Source of the DNA: an uncultured Gemmatimonadales bacterium
GTDB taxonomy: Bacteria; Gemmatimonadota; Gemmatimonadetes; Gemmatimonadales; GWC2-71-9
Direction: 5' to 3'
DNA: 64,000 nucleotides
NCBI GenBank assembly: GCA_965651715.1
Contig: CBFGTB010000001.1
Location: 26,938 to 90,937 of the forward strand
Position numbers and translations under genes: made by a program. The notes beneath the pieces were generated by a model. It had not been told where the DNA came from. It did not search any database and saw only the letters and a list, made by a program, of their open reading frames with translations. Shown here in pieces: positions 30,130 to 40,205 of the stretch (position 1 is the stretch's first letter; each line of letters opens with the position of its first letter).

Positions 30130-31176
30130 TCAGTCGAGTCGTCGGACCAGCTCCAGCACCGGTATCGGAAGGTAGCGCGTTCGGCCCGCCGTGATGGTAG
30201 CCCGGACCCTGACTTCCTCCAGCGGGCCGAGCGAGCGCCAGGCGGCCACCTCGGCCGGCGGAATGATCAGGTAGACGAACCCGGTTTCCGGCAGCGGCCC
30301 CCGCGCCAGGACATAGGGCTGTCCCGCCGGCAGCTCGGGCCGCAGTTCGTCGGCAGTCTGTACCGCCAGCACCTGCAACGACCAGTCGACACTCTGCCCG
30401 ACAAACCGGTCGGGTGCCTCCCGTACCGCCCGGCCGGTGATGCCGTCAGGAGCCGGGGCTCCCGCCACGGCACCGTCGCGGACCCAGACGTCGAGCAGAA
30501 TCCGGCTCCAGCCGTCGCGCCGCTCCACCACTTCGGTGCGCCGGGTCGCCTCCAGTTGACCGATCGGCGCGCCATCGGGTTCAGCCGAGAAGGGATGGCC
30601 CGCCAGGACAGCCACAAATCCCGAATCGTTACCGACGGCAGCCCCCCCGGTCGCTCCGCTGTCGCCGGCAGCCGCCGGCGCCGGTGGCGGAGGGGGCGGT
30701 GGCGGCGGAGGCGCCGGCGTGGCCGCGGCCTTCGCCGTGTCGATCCGGGTCCAGGCGGTGCGGCGCACCTCGGTCCAGCCGCTGCGGGTCGTCAGTCGAT
30801 CGAAGAGCACGCCGAGCCGCACGGCGGCCCGGACCGGGGCATTGGCTTCGGGGGCTGTCCGTACCGGGGTATTGTCACCGGTCGCCGAGACGTCGAAGCC
30901 GTCCCGGGAATCGGAACGAAGAGAACTGGTCTCGACCCAGCCCCGCAGTGTCACTTCGCGCCAGCCGGAGCGGCTCCGACCGAAGCTCACAGCAGCGTTG
31001 CGCGACAGGGTCCCGAGCGGGGTGCCGAGCGGCTCATTATAGAAGTCGGCAGTGGCCGGCATGCGGTCGGCGGCCTGCCCGATCACGGGGCTGGTCGACA
31101 GCAGCAGCAGAGCGACGCGGACGAATCCGGTTGGAACGCGGCATCGCGGCGGGGTAGATTGACGAACGAGGCTCAC
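30130..31176 (-). CDS. Secreted protein with three SH3b-like repeats and a poly-proline linker
   Basis: Signal-like N-terminus. Three 'GW.E/RV....W(V/T)' blocks (GWREVTLRGWV, GWTEVRRTAWT, GWSRILLDVWV). 'PAPPPPPPPPPPAPAAAG' linker. Confidence 0.55.
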   Translation of the reverse strand: MSLVRQSTPPRCRVPTGFVRVALLLLSTSPVIGQAADRMPATADFYNEPLGTPLGTLSRNAAVSFGRSRSGWREVTLRGWVETSSLRSDSRDGFDVSATGDNTPVRTAPEANAPVRAAVRLGVLFDRLTTRSGWTEVRRTAWTRIDTAKAAATPAPPPPPPPPPPAPAAAGDSGATGGAAVGNDSGFVAVLAGHPFSAEPDGAPIGQLEATRRTEVVERRDGWSRILLDVWVRDGAVAGAPAPDGITGRAVREAPDRFVGQSVDWSLQVLAVQTADELRPELPAGQPYVLARGPLPETGFVYLIIPPAEVAAWRSLGPLEEVRVRATITAGRTRYLPIPVLELVRRLD

Positions 31177-31206
31177 GCATCGGGAGTGTAGGCGCCACGG
31201 GGGATC

Positions 31207-32760
31207 ATGTCAAACAGCACAAGTAATCGCCGACCGGTCGTGCTGGTCGTCCTCGACGGCTGGGGATGGCGGCCGGAGCAGCAGGGCAACGCCATCGCGA
31301 TGGCCGACACCCCCACCTGGGATCGGTTGATCGCGCGCAGTCCGCGGACCCTGCTGGTGGCCAGCGGCACCCGGGTCGGTCTGCCCGAGGGCCAGATGGG
31401 CAACAGCGAGGTCGGCCATCTCAACCTGGGTGCCGGCCGGGTGGTGCCCCAGGATCTGGTCCGCATCAACGAGAGCATCGCCAGCGGCAGCTTCGACCAC
31501 CTGCCGGCCCTTGTCGACCTGGCGCACCATGTCCGCAGCACCGGTGGCACGCTCCATCTTGTCGCGCTGCTGGGCGCCGGCGGGGTTCACGCCATCGACA
31601 GCCACCTGAGCGCAGCGCTCAGGGCCTTCGTCGCACTCGATGTCCCGCGCATCGCGATCCACGGCTTTCTCGATGGCCGTGACGCCGCTCCCACCGCCGG
31701 CGTGGCGGTGCTCGAACGGTTGCAGCAGGACATCGCGCGCCTCGGCGCCGGGCGTGCAGTGCTGGCCTCACTGATCGGTCGCTACTACGCCATGGACCGC
31801 GACCGGCGCTGGGATCGAACGGCACTCGCCTGGCGCCTGCTGGTCCACGGTGAGGGTGCGCCGACCAGTGACCCGATCGCAGCGCTTCGCGAGGCCTATG
31901 CCGCCGGCGAAACCGACGAATTCGTCAGACCGATCGTGGTCACCCGCGATGGCCACCCGGTGGCTCCGATGCGTGACGGCGACGCGGTGTTCTTCGGTAA
32001 CTATCGCTCCGATCGCATGCGTCAGATCGTGGCGGCGCTGACCCAGGCCGATTTCACCGGTTTTCCCGTACCGGATCGGCCCCAGCTCGCCGCCGCCAGC
32101 ATGACCCAGTACGATCAGACCTTCACCCTGCCGCAGGCCTTCCCGCCGTTCTCGATGGCACGCATCCTGGCCGAAGAGCTGAGCCGGGCCGGTCGCAGCC
32201 AGTTCCGCACCGCCGAGACCGAGAAGTATCCCCACGTGACCTACTTCTTCAATGGCGGCTACGAACCGAGCTGGCCCGGCGAAGAACGCGAGTTGGTGGC
32301 GTCGCAACAGGTGGCAACCTACGATCTGCGGCCCGAGATGAGCGCTGTCGGTATCACCGACACTCTGATCGCGGCACTCGACCGACGCGATCATGATTTT
32401 TATCTCTGCAACTACGCCAACGCCGACATGGTGGGGCATACCGGCGTGATCCCGGCGGTGCGCACGGCGGTGGAGACTGTGGATCGCTGTCTCGGTCGGC
32501 TGCTGCCGGCGCTCGAACGCAACGGCGCACGCTTGCTGCTGACAGCCGATCACGGCAACGCCGAACAGATGATCGATCCGCTCACCGGCGGGCCGCATAC
32601 CGCGCACACGACCAACCCGGTCCCCTTCCTCGCGCTGGCCGAGGAGGTCGATCAGTTGCGCGTCGGCGGTGCGCTCTGTGACGTCGCCCCCACTATTCTG
32701 CATCTCCTTGGCCTGTCTCAGCCGGCGGAGATGACCGGCCGTACCCTTCTTCCGGATTGA
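31207..32760 (+). CDS. gpmI: 2,3-bisphosphoglycerate-independent phosphoglycerate mutase
   Basis: 517 aa with 'VVLVVLDGWG', 'MGNSEVGHLNLGAGR', 'ADHGNAE' motifs. Confidence 0.95.
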   Translation: MSNSTSNRRPVVLVVLDGWGWRPEQQGNAIAMADTPTWDRLIARSPRTLLVASGTRVGLPEGQMGNSEVGHLNLGAGRVVPQDLVRINESIASGSFDHLPALVDLAHHVRSTGGTLHLVALLGAGGVHAIDSHLSAALRAFVALDVPRIAIHGFLDGRDAAPTAGVAVLERLQQDIARLGAGRAVLASLIGRYYAMDRDRRWDRTALAWRLLVHGEGAPTSDPIAALREAYAAGETDEFVRPIVVTRDGHPVAPMRDGDAVFFGNYRSDRMRQIVAALTQADFTGFPVPDRPQLAAASMTQYDQTFTLPQAFPPFSMARILAEELSRAGRSQFRTAETEKYPHVTYFFNGGYEPSWPGEERELVASQQVATYDLRPEMSAVGITDTLIAALDRRDHDFYLCNYANADMVGHTGVIPAVRTAVETVDRCLGRLLPALERNGARLLLTADHGNAEQMIDPLTGGPHTAHTTNPVPFLALAEEVDQLRVGGALCDVAPTILHLLGLSQPAEMTGRTLLPD

Positions 32761-33473
32761 TCATCGTGCTCCGTTCGCTTGTCCCGGCCACAGCTCTGCT
32801 GCTGATCGCCGCCCCGGTGGCAGCCCAGGTGGGCAGTGCTCCCACGGCCTCGCCCTATCACGACATCCGGATGGCCACCGCCTGGGAGTTGGCGGTCGGC
32901 TCGATCAAGGGTTCCGGCGGACCGGTCCCGGTCGGCCCGCGCGACGGATCGTTCGCCAGCTTCCGCGCGCTGATCCGCGCCGAGAACTCGCTCTCGCTCG
33001 GGCTGGGCATCTGGGCCAGCCGGACCCAGCGCACAGTGCTCAATCCCAATGTGGCGCCCGAGGATCAGGTGGTGGGAACCCGCGATGCCCATCTGCTGGG
33101 CGGCGAACTGTTGGTGCAGCTCAATCTGACAGGTGGCAAGCGGTGGCACCGGCTGGCACCGTTCCTCGGCGTCGGGGTCGGGGTGGTGCGCAATACCTCG
33201 GGTGATGAAGGCGATCCGGGTGGATACGAGTTCGGCACCAAGTTCTATTTCGCTCCCTTGATCGGCACCCGACTGTTCCTCGCCGATCGGCTCTATCTGC
33301 GCGCCGAAGCGCGCGGCTACGCCTGGAAGCTCAAGTACCCACTGCTCTACGGCGTCGAGCCGACGCAGTCTCCCGGCACCGCCGATGATCCCCACGCCAT
33401 CGACCCGGTGGGACACGACGGCCAGTATGCCTTCACGCCGGCGCTGTCGGTTGGCATCGGCATCGCCTTCTGA
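32757..33473 (+). CDS. Hypothetical outer-membrane beta-barrel-like protein
   Basis: Signal 'LVPATALLLIAAPVAAQ'. Alternating-pattern strands and a C-terminal aromatic residue (..GIGIAF). Confidence 0.5.
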   Translation: MIIVLRSLVPATALLLIAAPVAAQVGSAPTASPYHDIRMATAWELAVGSIKGSGGPVPVGPRDGSFASFRALIRAENSLSLGLGIWASRTQRTVLNPNVAPEDQVVGTRDAHLLGGELLVQLNLTGGKRWHRLAPFLGVGVGVVRNTSGDEGDPGGYEFGTKFYFAPLIGTRLFLADRLYLRAEARGYAWKLKYPLLYGVEPTQSPGTADDPHAIDPVGHDGQYAFTPALSVGIGIAF

Positions 33474-33899
33474 ATGCCGCCGCGCTGCCGGCTGACCCGA
33501 CGGATCAGCTTCCATGCCCGCCATCGGATGGCACGGAACGACTGGAGCGACGCCGAAGCTGAGCGGCGCTTCGGCTGGACCGCCCGGCGGCCCGGCCACG
33601 GTCATCTCTATCAGATCGCTGTGACAGTCGCCGGCGATCCGGCGCCCGACACCGGCCTGCTGGTCGACCTCGGATTTCTCGATGCGTTGCTGCACAGTCG
33701 GGTGATCGAGCGCTTCGCCGATCAGGATCTCAATCGGGCTCTCGAACCCGTCGCCCGCGGCGACGCCCTGCCCGGGTGCGAGGTGCTGGCTCGCGAAATC
33801 TGGCGCTCGCTGGCCGAGGAGCTGCCGCCCGGTGTGGAACTTGTGCGGGTCATTGCCCGCGAAGACGACACCCTCGAAGCGGAGTGCATCGCTCCGTGA
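33474..33899 (+). CDS. queD: 6-carboxytetrahydropterin synthase / 6-pyruvoyl-tetrahydropterin synthase family
   Basis: 141 aa with 'FHARHRM', 'GHGHLYQIAVTV', 'TGLLVDLGFLD' motifs. Confidence 0.8.
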   Translation: MPPRCRLTRRISFHARHRMARNDWSDAEAERRFGWTARRPGHGHLYQIAVTVAGDPAPDTGLLVDLGFLDALLHSRVIERFADQDLNRALEPVARGDALPGCEVLAREIWRSLAEELPPGVELVRVIAREDDTLEAECIAP

Positions 33900-33927
33900 G
33901 CACCCCTTGACCGCCGGGAGGTTCCCC

Positions 33928-34725
33928 ATGGCGCGCGATCGCATCGGATTTCTGCTGTGTGCCATTGCCTGCCTGACGCCGACGCTGTCGGCGCAGCGCA
34001 CCAACGACGAGGCCCGCCTCGCTGTCGGCCTCAACGTCGGCTACATCGGCGGCGGTGACCTCTGGCAGACCGATCAACCGGTAGCCACCAACAGCGCGAC
34101 GCCCGACCTGTTCCGGCTGCACCGCACCCTGCGCAGCAACATCACGCTGAGCGGGCACCTGAGCTACTTCCCCCGGCCGACCTTCGGCATCACCGGTGAG
34201 GTGGGCTACCTGGGCCTCGGTACTGTCGACAACTGTGACATCATTTCCGAACCGACACCCGATCCCTTCAATGCCATCGGCTGCCGGGCGCTGGACTACA
34301 AAAAGCGTGCAGCATCGGCGGTGTCAGCCATGGGGGGCGTGATCTGGCGACCGCAGCCCCGCGGCGCGGTTCAGCCCTATCTCAAGGCGATGGCCGGCCT
34401 GTCACTGGTGCCGCGCAGCACGACCACAGTGACGGCATTCTTCACCCGCGACTTCCAGGATTTCGCGCTGCCGGTCTACGCCGAAGACGGCTCGAAGACC
34501 GTGACACCCACCGGAGCGCTGGCGATCGGCTTCGCCACAGCACCCAACAGCGGCTATCAGTTCTCGGTCGAGTTCCGCGCCACGGCCGTCCAGCTTCAGG
34601 TGGTCGACGGCCCGGCCCCGGTCGGCGACCTCCACCCGCCGATCGGGTCGCATTGGATGCTGCTGCCCACCATCACCGCCGGCTTCGATATCGTGCTGGA
34701 GAAGCGCCGCGGTCGGCGGTACTGA
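33928..34725 (+). CDS. Hypothetical outer-membrane beta-barrel protein
   Basis: ORF 33832..34725, trimmed to MARDRIGFLLCAIACLTPTLSAQ (ATG 33928). Beta-strand-like alternation. Confidence 0.5.
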   Translation: MARDRIGFLLCAIACLTPTLSAQRTNDEARLAVGLNVGYIGGGDLWQTDQPVATNSATPDLFRLHRTLRSNITLSGHLSYFPRPTFGITGEVGYLGLGTVDNCDIISEPTPDPFNAIGCRALDYKKRAASAVSAMGGVIWRPQPRGAVQPYLKAMAGLSLVPRSTTTVTAFFTRDFQDFALPVYAEDGSKTVTPTGALAIGFATAPNSGYQFSVEFRATAVQLQVVDGPAPVGDLHPPIGSHWMLLPTITAGFDIVLEKRRGRRY

Positions 34726-34731
34726 GCGGCC

Positions 34732-35952
34732 ATGACACCGCTGTCGGTCGCCGAGGCGCGCGCCGCTGCCATCGGTGCCATGCCGGCGATGCCGGCGGTG
34801 CGACTGCCGCTCGAGCGGAGTGTGGCCCACCGGTTGGCGACGGCGGTCGTCGCCCCGTGGCCGTTGCCGCGCTGGACCGCGGCGTCGATGGACGGCTGGG
34901 CGGTGCAGAGCGCCGACCTGGATCACGACGGCGCGGTGCTGTCCGTGGCCGGTGGCGGCGATGCCGGAGACGGCCCACCGCCGCCGCTCGGCCGGGGATC
35001 GGCCTGGCGGGTCGCGACCGGCGGCCGGGTTCCCGAGGGCGCCGACAGCGTGATCCGCCAGGAAGACGCCACGCTGCTGTCCCAGCGCGAGCAGCCCGCC
35101 GTCAGGATCGATGATCGTCGCGACCTGCGCCGCAACGTCCGCCCGCTCGGCGGCGATATTGCGGCGGATCAGGTGGCGCTTCCGGCCGGCAGCGTCATTA
35201 CCCCGGGAACCGTCGCCCTGCTGGCCGCGCTGGGAGTGGCATCGCCGCAGGTGTTCCGGAAGCCGCGGGTGGCGCTGCTGTGCTCGGGGAATGAGGTTGT
35301 GGGGTTCGACCGATCAGACGACCTCGCGTCGGGTCGCCGGATCGCCGACGCCAACACGCCGATGCTCACCGCCCTGATACAGCAATGCGGCGCCGAGCCA
35401 CTGCCATTGGGGCTGGTGGCCGACGACCCCGAGGCCATTGCCACCGCGGTGGCCTCGGCCCAGGCCGCCGATCTTGTCATGACCGCAGGCGGGATTTCGG
35501 TCGGCCGACAGGACCATATCCCTGCCGCGATGGAGCGCCTGGCGGCTCGGCTCGTCTTCCGGCGGGTCAGAATCCGGCCGGGCGGACCCACCACGCTGGC
35601 CCTGCTGCCCGATGGCCGCCCCTGGTTGGCGCTGCCGGGGAATCCGGTGAGTGCCTACGTCACATTTCGTGTCTTCGCTGCGGCGATGCTCGACCCGGAC
35701 CCCGCCGGGACCGGCGCGACCACCCGATACACCGACCGGGGCATCCTTGCCGAACCGGTGGATCGCGACCCGACGCTGGATCTGTATCTCCGGGTCAGAC
35801 TGGACCATCGGGCCGACGCCCTGCCGCTGGTGCGGCGCACCGGCGATCAGGGATCGTGGCTGACCAGCTCGATCGCCCAGGCCGACGCGCTGATGCCGAT
35901 TGAGGCCGGAGCGGGAACTGTCGCGGCCGGCACCGAAGTCTCGCTCCTGTGA
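34732..35952 (+). CDS. moeA: Molybdopterin molybdenumtransferase
   Basis: 406 aa. MoeA domain order with 'SAMDGWAV' and 'GGISVGRQD' motifs. Confidence 0.9.
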   Translation: MTPLSVAEARAAAIGAMPAMPAVRLPLERSVAHRLATAVVAPWPLPRWTAASMDGWAVQSADLDHDGAVLSVAGGGDAGDGPPPPLGRGSAWRVATGGRVPEGADSVIRQEDATLLSQREQPAVRIDDRRDLRRNVRPLGGDIAADQVALPAGSVITPGTVALLAALGVASPQVFRKPRVALLCSGNEVVGFDRSDDLASGRRIADANTPMLTALIQQCGAEPLPLGLVADDPEAIATAVASAQAADLVMTAGGISVGRQDHIPAAMERLAARLVFRRVRIRPGGPTTLALLPDGRPWLALPGNPVSAYVTFRVFAAAMLDPDPAGTGATTRYTDRGILAEPVDRDPTLDLYLRVRLDHRADALPLVRRTGDQGSWLTSSIAQADALMPIEAGAGTVAAGTEVSLL

Positions 35953-36193
35953 GCCGGACCGGCGGGACCGGGGATGGCGGCGACGGCGGGGCCCGGATAC
36001 CTTTCCCGCCAGAAGGGGAGTAGCCCAGCCGCCGAGACAGGCGGCCGGCGGCATCGTCAAGACTGTTCGCGGCAGCGAACACGGTGCCATCGAGACGCAT
36101 CAGCGTTTCAGGCGAGACCTTCGTCGATGACTCGGGCCCGGGAGGCCGCGAGAGCGACGAGGGCTCGCCTTTTCTGTTTTCGGGGAGGATGAC

Positions 36194-37027
36194 ATGGTCA
36201 ACAACGTGAAGACATTTGTTCTGCTCTCGGGATTGCTGGCCCTGTTTCTGGCCGGTGGTCAACTGCTGGGCGGCGCCCAGGGTCTCCTGATCGGCGGCTC
36301 GATCGGGGTGATCATGACAGTGGTGTCGTTCTGGTTTTCCGACAGCATGGTGCTCAAGGGCTATCGGGCCCGGGTCGTCACCGCCGACGACGCGCCCGAG
36401 CTGTATCACCTTGTGGATCAACTGCGCCAACGGGCCGGTCTGCCGATGCCCCGCGTGGCGATCACGCCGGCGGCGCAACCCAATGCCTTTGCCACCGGGC
36501 GCTCACCCCGCCACGCGGTGGTGGCCGTCACCGAGGGGATGCTGAAGACGCTCCCCCGGGATGAGTTGGCCGGCGTCCTGGCGCACGAACTGGCCCACAT
36601 CAAGAATCGCGACCTGCTCACGTCGACTGTCGCGGCCGGCATCGCGTCGTTGATCGGCTACCTGCCTTACGCGCTGATGTTCTTCGGTCGGCGCGACGAC
36701 GACGACAACGGTCTGGTGGCGATCGGCTTTGCGATCCTGGCCCCGGTCATCGCGATGATCCTCCAGTTCGCCATCTCGCGCCAGCGGGAATTCGCCGCCG
36801 ATCGCACCGGCGCGGAAATCCTGGGCGAAGCCCGCCCGTTGGCCCAGGCGCTCACCCGGATCGACGCGCTGGCGCGACAGATCCCGCTGCCGGTGGCCCC
36901 GGCGCTGGCGCCGCTGGCCCAGGTCAATCCGCTGGCCGGTGCCGGCGGCGTGATGAAGTTGTTCAGCACCCATCCGCCCACCGCCGATCGGGTCGCAGCG
37001 TTGTTGGCGCTCGACGCGGCGCGGTGA
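36194..37027 (+). CDS. htpX: Membrane zinc protease HtpX (M48 family)
   Basis: GGGGAGGA 5 nt upstream of the ATG. TM helices and 'HELAHIKNRD' HExxH. Confidence 0.9.
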   Translation: MVNNVKTFVLLSGLLALFLAGGQLLGGAQGLLIGGSIGVIMTVVSFWFSDSMVLKGYRARVVTADDAPELYHLVDQLRQRAGLPMPRVAITPAAQPNAFATGRSPRHAVVAVTEGMLKTLPRDELAGVLAHELAHIKNRDLLTSTVAAGIASLIGYLPYALMFFGRRDDDDNGLVAIGFAILAPVIAMILQFAISRQREFAADRTGAEILGEARPLAQALTRIDALARQIPLPVAPALAPLAQVNPLAGAGGVMKLFSTHPPTADRVAALLALDAAR

Positions 37028-37989
37028 ACGTGGAACTGGCAGGCCACCCGCCGGGGGTCTGGATCGGCTTCGGGCTGATCATCACGGTATTGCTGATCCT
37101 CGACCTCGGCGTCCTCAACCGCCGCAGCCATGTGCTGTCGACCCGCGAGGCCGCAAGCTGGAGCGGTGGCCTGCTGGTGCTCGCCATGGTGTTCGCCGCC
37201 TGGCTCTGGGACCGCGAAGGCCAGCACGCGGCGCTGGAGTTCGTGACCGGCTATCTGATCGAGCTGTCGCTGTCGATCGACAATCTGTTCGTCTTCATTC
37301 TGGTCTTCCAGTTCTTCGCCGTCCCCGCACGGCTGCAACCCAAGGTGCTCAAATGGGGCATCCTGGGTGCCCTGGTGATGCGCGGCATCATGATCGCCGG
37401 CGGGGCTCTGCTGCTCAACCGGTTCCATTGGATCATCTATCTGTTCGGCGGCATCCTGATCATCACCGGGCTGAACATGTTCCGCGGCCAGGAAGCGCAT
37501 CGGGTGGAGCCCGACAAGAATCCGCTGGTCCGGCTGGCGCGACGTGTCGTTCCCTTCTCCAAGAGTTACGACGACGACCGCTTCATCACCCGGACCCGCA
37601 CCCGCTGGTTGGCGACCCCGCTGCTGCTGGTGCTGTTGGTGATCGAATGGACCGATCTGGTGTTCGCCATCGATTCCATTCCGGCGATCTTCGCCGTCAC
37701 CCGCGATCCGTTCATCGTGTATTCGTCGAACATCTTCGCGATCCTGGGGCTCCGGGCCCTGTTCTTCCTGCTCGCCGGCATGCTCGATCGGTTTGTCTAC
37801 CTCCAGGCCGGGGTGGCCCTGATTCTGGTGTTCGTCGGCATCAAGATGACGCTCTCGGGTTTGTTCCACATTCCCACGCTGCTGTCGCTCGGCGTGATCC
37901 TGATGGTCCTCACCATCGCCATCCTGGCGTCGCTGGTGCGCGCCCGTCGTCCCGAGCAGTCGCCGCTGCCTCCCGCGACCCCGTCATGA
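37024..37989 (+). CDS. TerC-family integral membrane protein
   Basis: 321 aa, multi-TM, with 'LSIDNLFVF' and 'DSIPAIFAVT' TerC motifs. Confidence 0.85.
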   Translation: MNVELAGHPPGVWIGFGLIITVLLILDLGVLNRRSHVLSTREAASWSGGLLVLAMVFAAWLWDREGQHAALEFVTGYLIELSLSIDNLFVFILVFQFFAVPARLQPKVLKWGILGALVMRGIMIAGGALLLNRFHWIIYLFGGILIITGLNMFRGQEAHRVEPDKNPLVRLARRVVPFSKSYDDDRFITRTRTRWLATPLLLVLLVIEWTDLVFAIDSIPAIFAVTRDPFIVYSSNIFAILGLRALFFLLAGMLDRFVYLQAGVALILVFVGIKMTLSGLFHIPTLLSLGVILMVLTIAILASLVRARRPEQSPLPPATPS

Positions 37990-39032
37990 GCCGCCTCCCG
38001 GTCGCGGTCCTGGGGGCCAGCGGGACGGTGGGGCAACGACTGCTGGCGCTGCTGAGCGACCATCCGATCTTCACTGTCAGTCAGGTGGTCGCCTCGACCG
38101 GTCGGATCGGGCAGCGCTACGGCGACAGCGTCGCATGGCGCGAAACAACAGCGCTCGATCCACAGATCGCCGCGCTCCGCTTCACGGCGGCCGAACCCGC
38201 CGCCGGGGTGCGGCTCGCCTTCAGCGCGCTGGACGCCGACGCCGCCCGGGCGGTGGAGCCGGTCTTCGCCGCCGCCGGCGTGATGGTGGTCAGCAACGCC
38301 TCGGCTTTTCGGGCCGAAGCCGACGTCCCACTCGTCATTCCGGAAATCAACCCCGATCACCTCGGCCTGCTCGAGCGCCAGCGGCGGCAGCGTCACTGGT
38401 CGGGCGGCATCGTCACAAATCCCAACTGCGCCACCGCCGTTCTGGCGCTGGCACTGGCTCCGCTGGACCGGGCCTTCAGCCTGCGGCAGGCCGTGGTGAC
38501 CACCTTGCAAGCCGCCAGCGGCGCCGGCTATCCCGGTGTCGCCTCACTCGATCTGCTTGACAACGTGATCCCGTTCATCGCCGGTGAGGAAGCCAAAATC
38601 GAGCAGGAATGCACCCGCCTGCTGGGACGCTGCCAGGGCGACGCGATCACGCCGACTGCGGCAACGGTGAGTGCCATGGTGCATCGGGTCCCGGTGACCG
38701 ACGGCCACCTGGTGTCGGCCTCGCTCGCCTTTGCGTCGCCGCCATCGCCCGAGGCCGCCGCCGAACTGCTGCGCACCTGGCGCGGCAGCGAGATCAGTCG
38801 CACCCTGCCCAGCTCGCCGGCGACGCCGATCGTGGTGGACCCGCGCGATGACCGGCCGCAACCCCGGCACGACCGCAACCGCGGCGGCGGCATGACCGTC
38901 ACTGTCGGACGGCTGCGCCGCTGCCCGGTCCATCATCTTCGCCTGGTGGCGCTGGGTCATAACCTGGTGCGGGGCGCAGCGGGAGCCGCGCTGCAGAATG
39001 CCGAGCTGCTGGTGGCCAGCGGTCGACTCTGA
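37986..39032 (+). CDS. asd: Aspartate-semialdehyde dehydrogenase
   Basis: Start MSRLPVAVLGASGTVGQ at ATG 37986 (ATGA overlap with the TerC stop). Active-site 'NPNCAT'. The 559-aa track ORF 37353..39032 is this gene plus an upstream out-of-context extension. Confidence 0.9.
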   Translation: MSRLPVAVLGASGTVGQRLLALLSDHPIFTVSQVVASTGRIGQRYGDSVAWRETTALDPQIAALRFTAAEPAAGVRLAFSALDADAARAVEPVFAAAGVMVVSNASAFRAEADVPLVIPEINPDHLGLLERQRRQRHWSGGIVTNPNCATAVLALALAPLDRAFSLRQAVVTTLQAASGAGYPGVASLDLLDNVIPFIAGEEAKIEQECTRLLGRCQGDAITPTAATVSAMVHRVPVTDGHLVSASLAFASPPSPEAAAELLRTWRGSEISRTLPSSPATPIVVDPRDDRPQPRHDRNRGGGMTVTVGRLRRCPVHHLRLVALGHNLVRGAAGAALQNAELLVASGRL

Positions 39033-39035
39033 CCC

Positions 39036-40205
39036 TCAGGGCCGCAGCAGGACGGCGGCTTCGCGATCGCCGGGCCCCAGCGTCCGATTGCGGCCGGCTT
39101 CTTTGGCGGCATAGAGTCGGGCATCGGCGGCGTCGAGCAGCTCATCGAGAGTCCGACCGTCACGTTCCAGCGCCGCCACCCCCATCGACACAGTCATCCG
39201 CGCCGTGCCGCCGCGGGGCAGCGGAATCTCGGTCAAGCCGACCCGGACCCTGAGATCATCAAGCTTTTCCATGGCGCGCTGAATGGTGGTGGCCGGCATC
39301 GCAATCAGCAGCTCCTCGCCGCCGAACCGGGCCACCACGTCACTGCGGCGGAGTCCCGCCCGCAGCGTCTGGCCCAGGGTGCGCAGCGCGGCGTCTCCGG
39401 CGGCATGCCCGTGGGTGTCGTTGAACTGTTTGAAGTGATCGACGTCGAGCATGGCCACGGCCATCGGTTCCTTCTCGCGCGCGGCGCGCACCAGCTCGTG
39501 GCTGAGATACTCCTCGACATAGGCGCGGTTGAACAAGCCGGTGAGCCGGTCGAATGTCGACAACCGGCGCAGCCGGACCGCCCGCGAGACGATCGCCGAG
39601 GCCAGCACCGTCGCCGCAGCCAGCATCACCAGGCGACCGAACTGAGCCACCCAATCGAAGTGGCCGTACCCCTCGCCGGCCCGGGCGATGGCGGTGTCCG
39701 ATGCGAAGCGCCAGACCACGACCGACAGCGCCAGATACTGAAGGATCGCGGCCATACCCGCCACGCTGCAGATGCGCGGCGAGTAGCGCAGCGCCGACGC
39801 CGCGATGGCCACGAAGTAGGCCTCGAACACGACCCGGGAATTGACAGTCACGATCGGCAGATCGATCACCCAATACGCCGCCAGCGCCAGGGTCACTATC
39901 GACACGTCGGCCAGCGAGGTCGCCAGCGACAGTGCCGGATGGTAGAGGCCGCGGCGCACCGCCCGGTCCAGCGCCGCGGCGCCCGCCACCACCAGCAACA
40001 CCAGCGCGAACCCCAGCCAGTGCTCGGGTGCTGTCGGTTGGATCGCGAGGGCGAACAGCGGAATCAGCAGAATCAGCAGCGCCAGCCACGTCCGCACCCG
40101 CGCCACCAGCATTTCGCCGTCGCGGGCCGCGTCGGCCAGCGTCTCGTCGGTCGGAGCCGTCAGCCACCGCCAGAATCGCTGGACCGGCGTCGCGAGTCCC
40201 GCCAT
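39036..40205 (-). CDS. Membrane-anchored diguanylate cyclase (GGDEF)
   Basis: N-terminal multi-TM region and a C-terminal GGDEF domain with 'RFGGEELLI'. The ATG at 40205 shares one base with the ETF-QO stop. Confidence 0.85.
   Translation of the reverse strand: MAGLATPVQRFWRWLTAPTDETLADAARDGEMLVARVRTWLALLILLIPLFALAIQPTAPEHWLGFALVLLVVAGAAALDRAVRRGLYHPALSLATSLADVSIVTLALAAYWVIDLPIVTVNSRVVFEAYFVAIAASALRYSPRICSVAGMAAILQYLALSVVVWRFASDTAIARAGEGYGHFDWVAQFGRLVMLAAATVLASAIVSRAVRLRRLSTFDRLTGLFNRAYVEEYLSHELVRAAREKEPMAVAMLDVDHFKQFNDTHGHAAGDAALRTLGQTLRAGLRRSDVVARFGGEELLIAMPATTIQRAMEKLDDLRVRVGLTEIPLPRGGTARMTVSMGVAALERDGRTLDELLDAADARLYAAKEAGRNRTLGPGDREAAVLLRP

Noticed and set aside
37353-37985. N-terminal 211 codons of track ORF 37353..39032
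   Set aside because: This part overlaps the TerC gene in another frame. The Asd homology begins only at MSRLPVAVLGASGTVGQ (ATG 37986, ATGA-coupled to the TerC stop).
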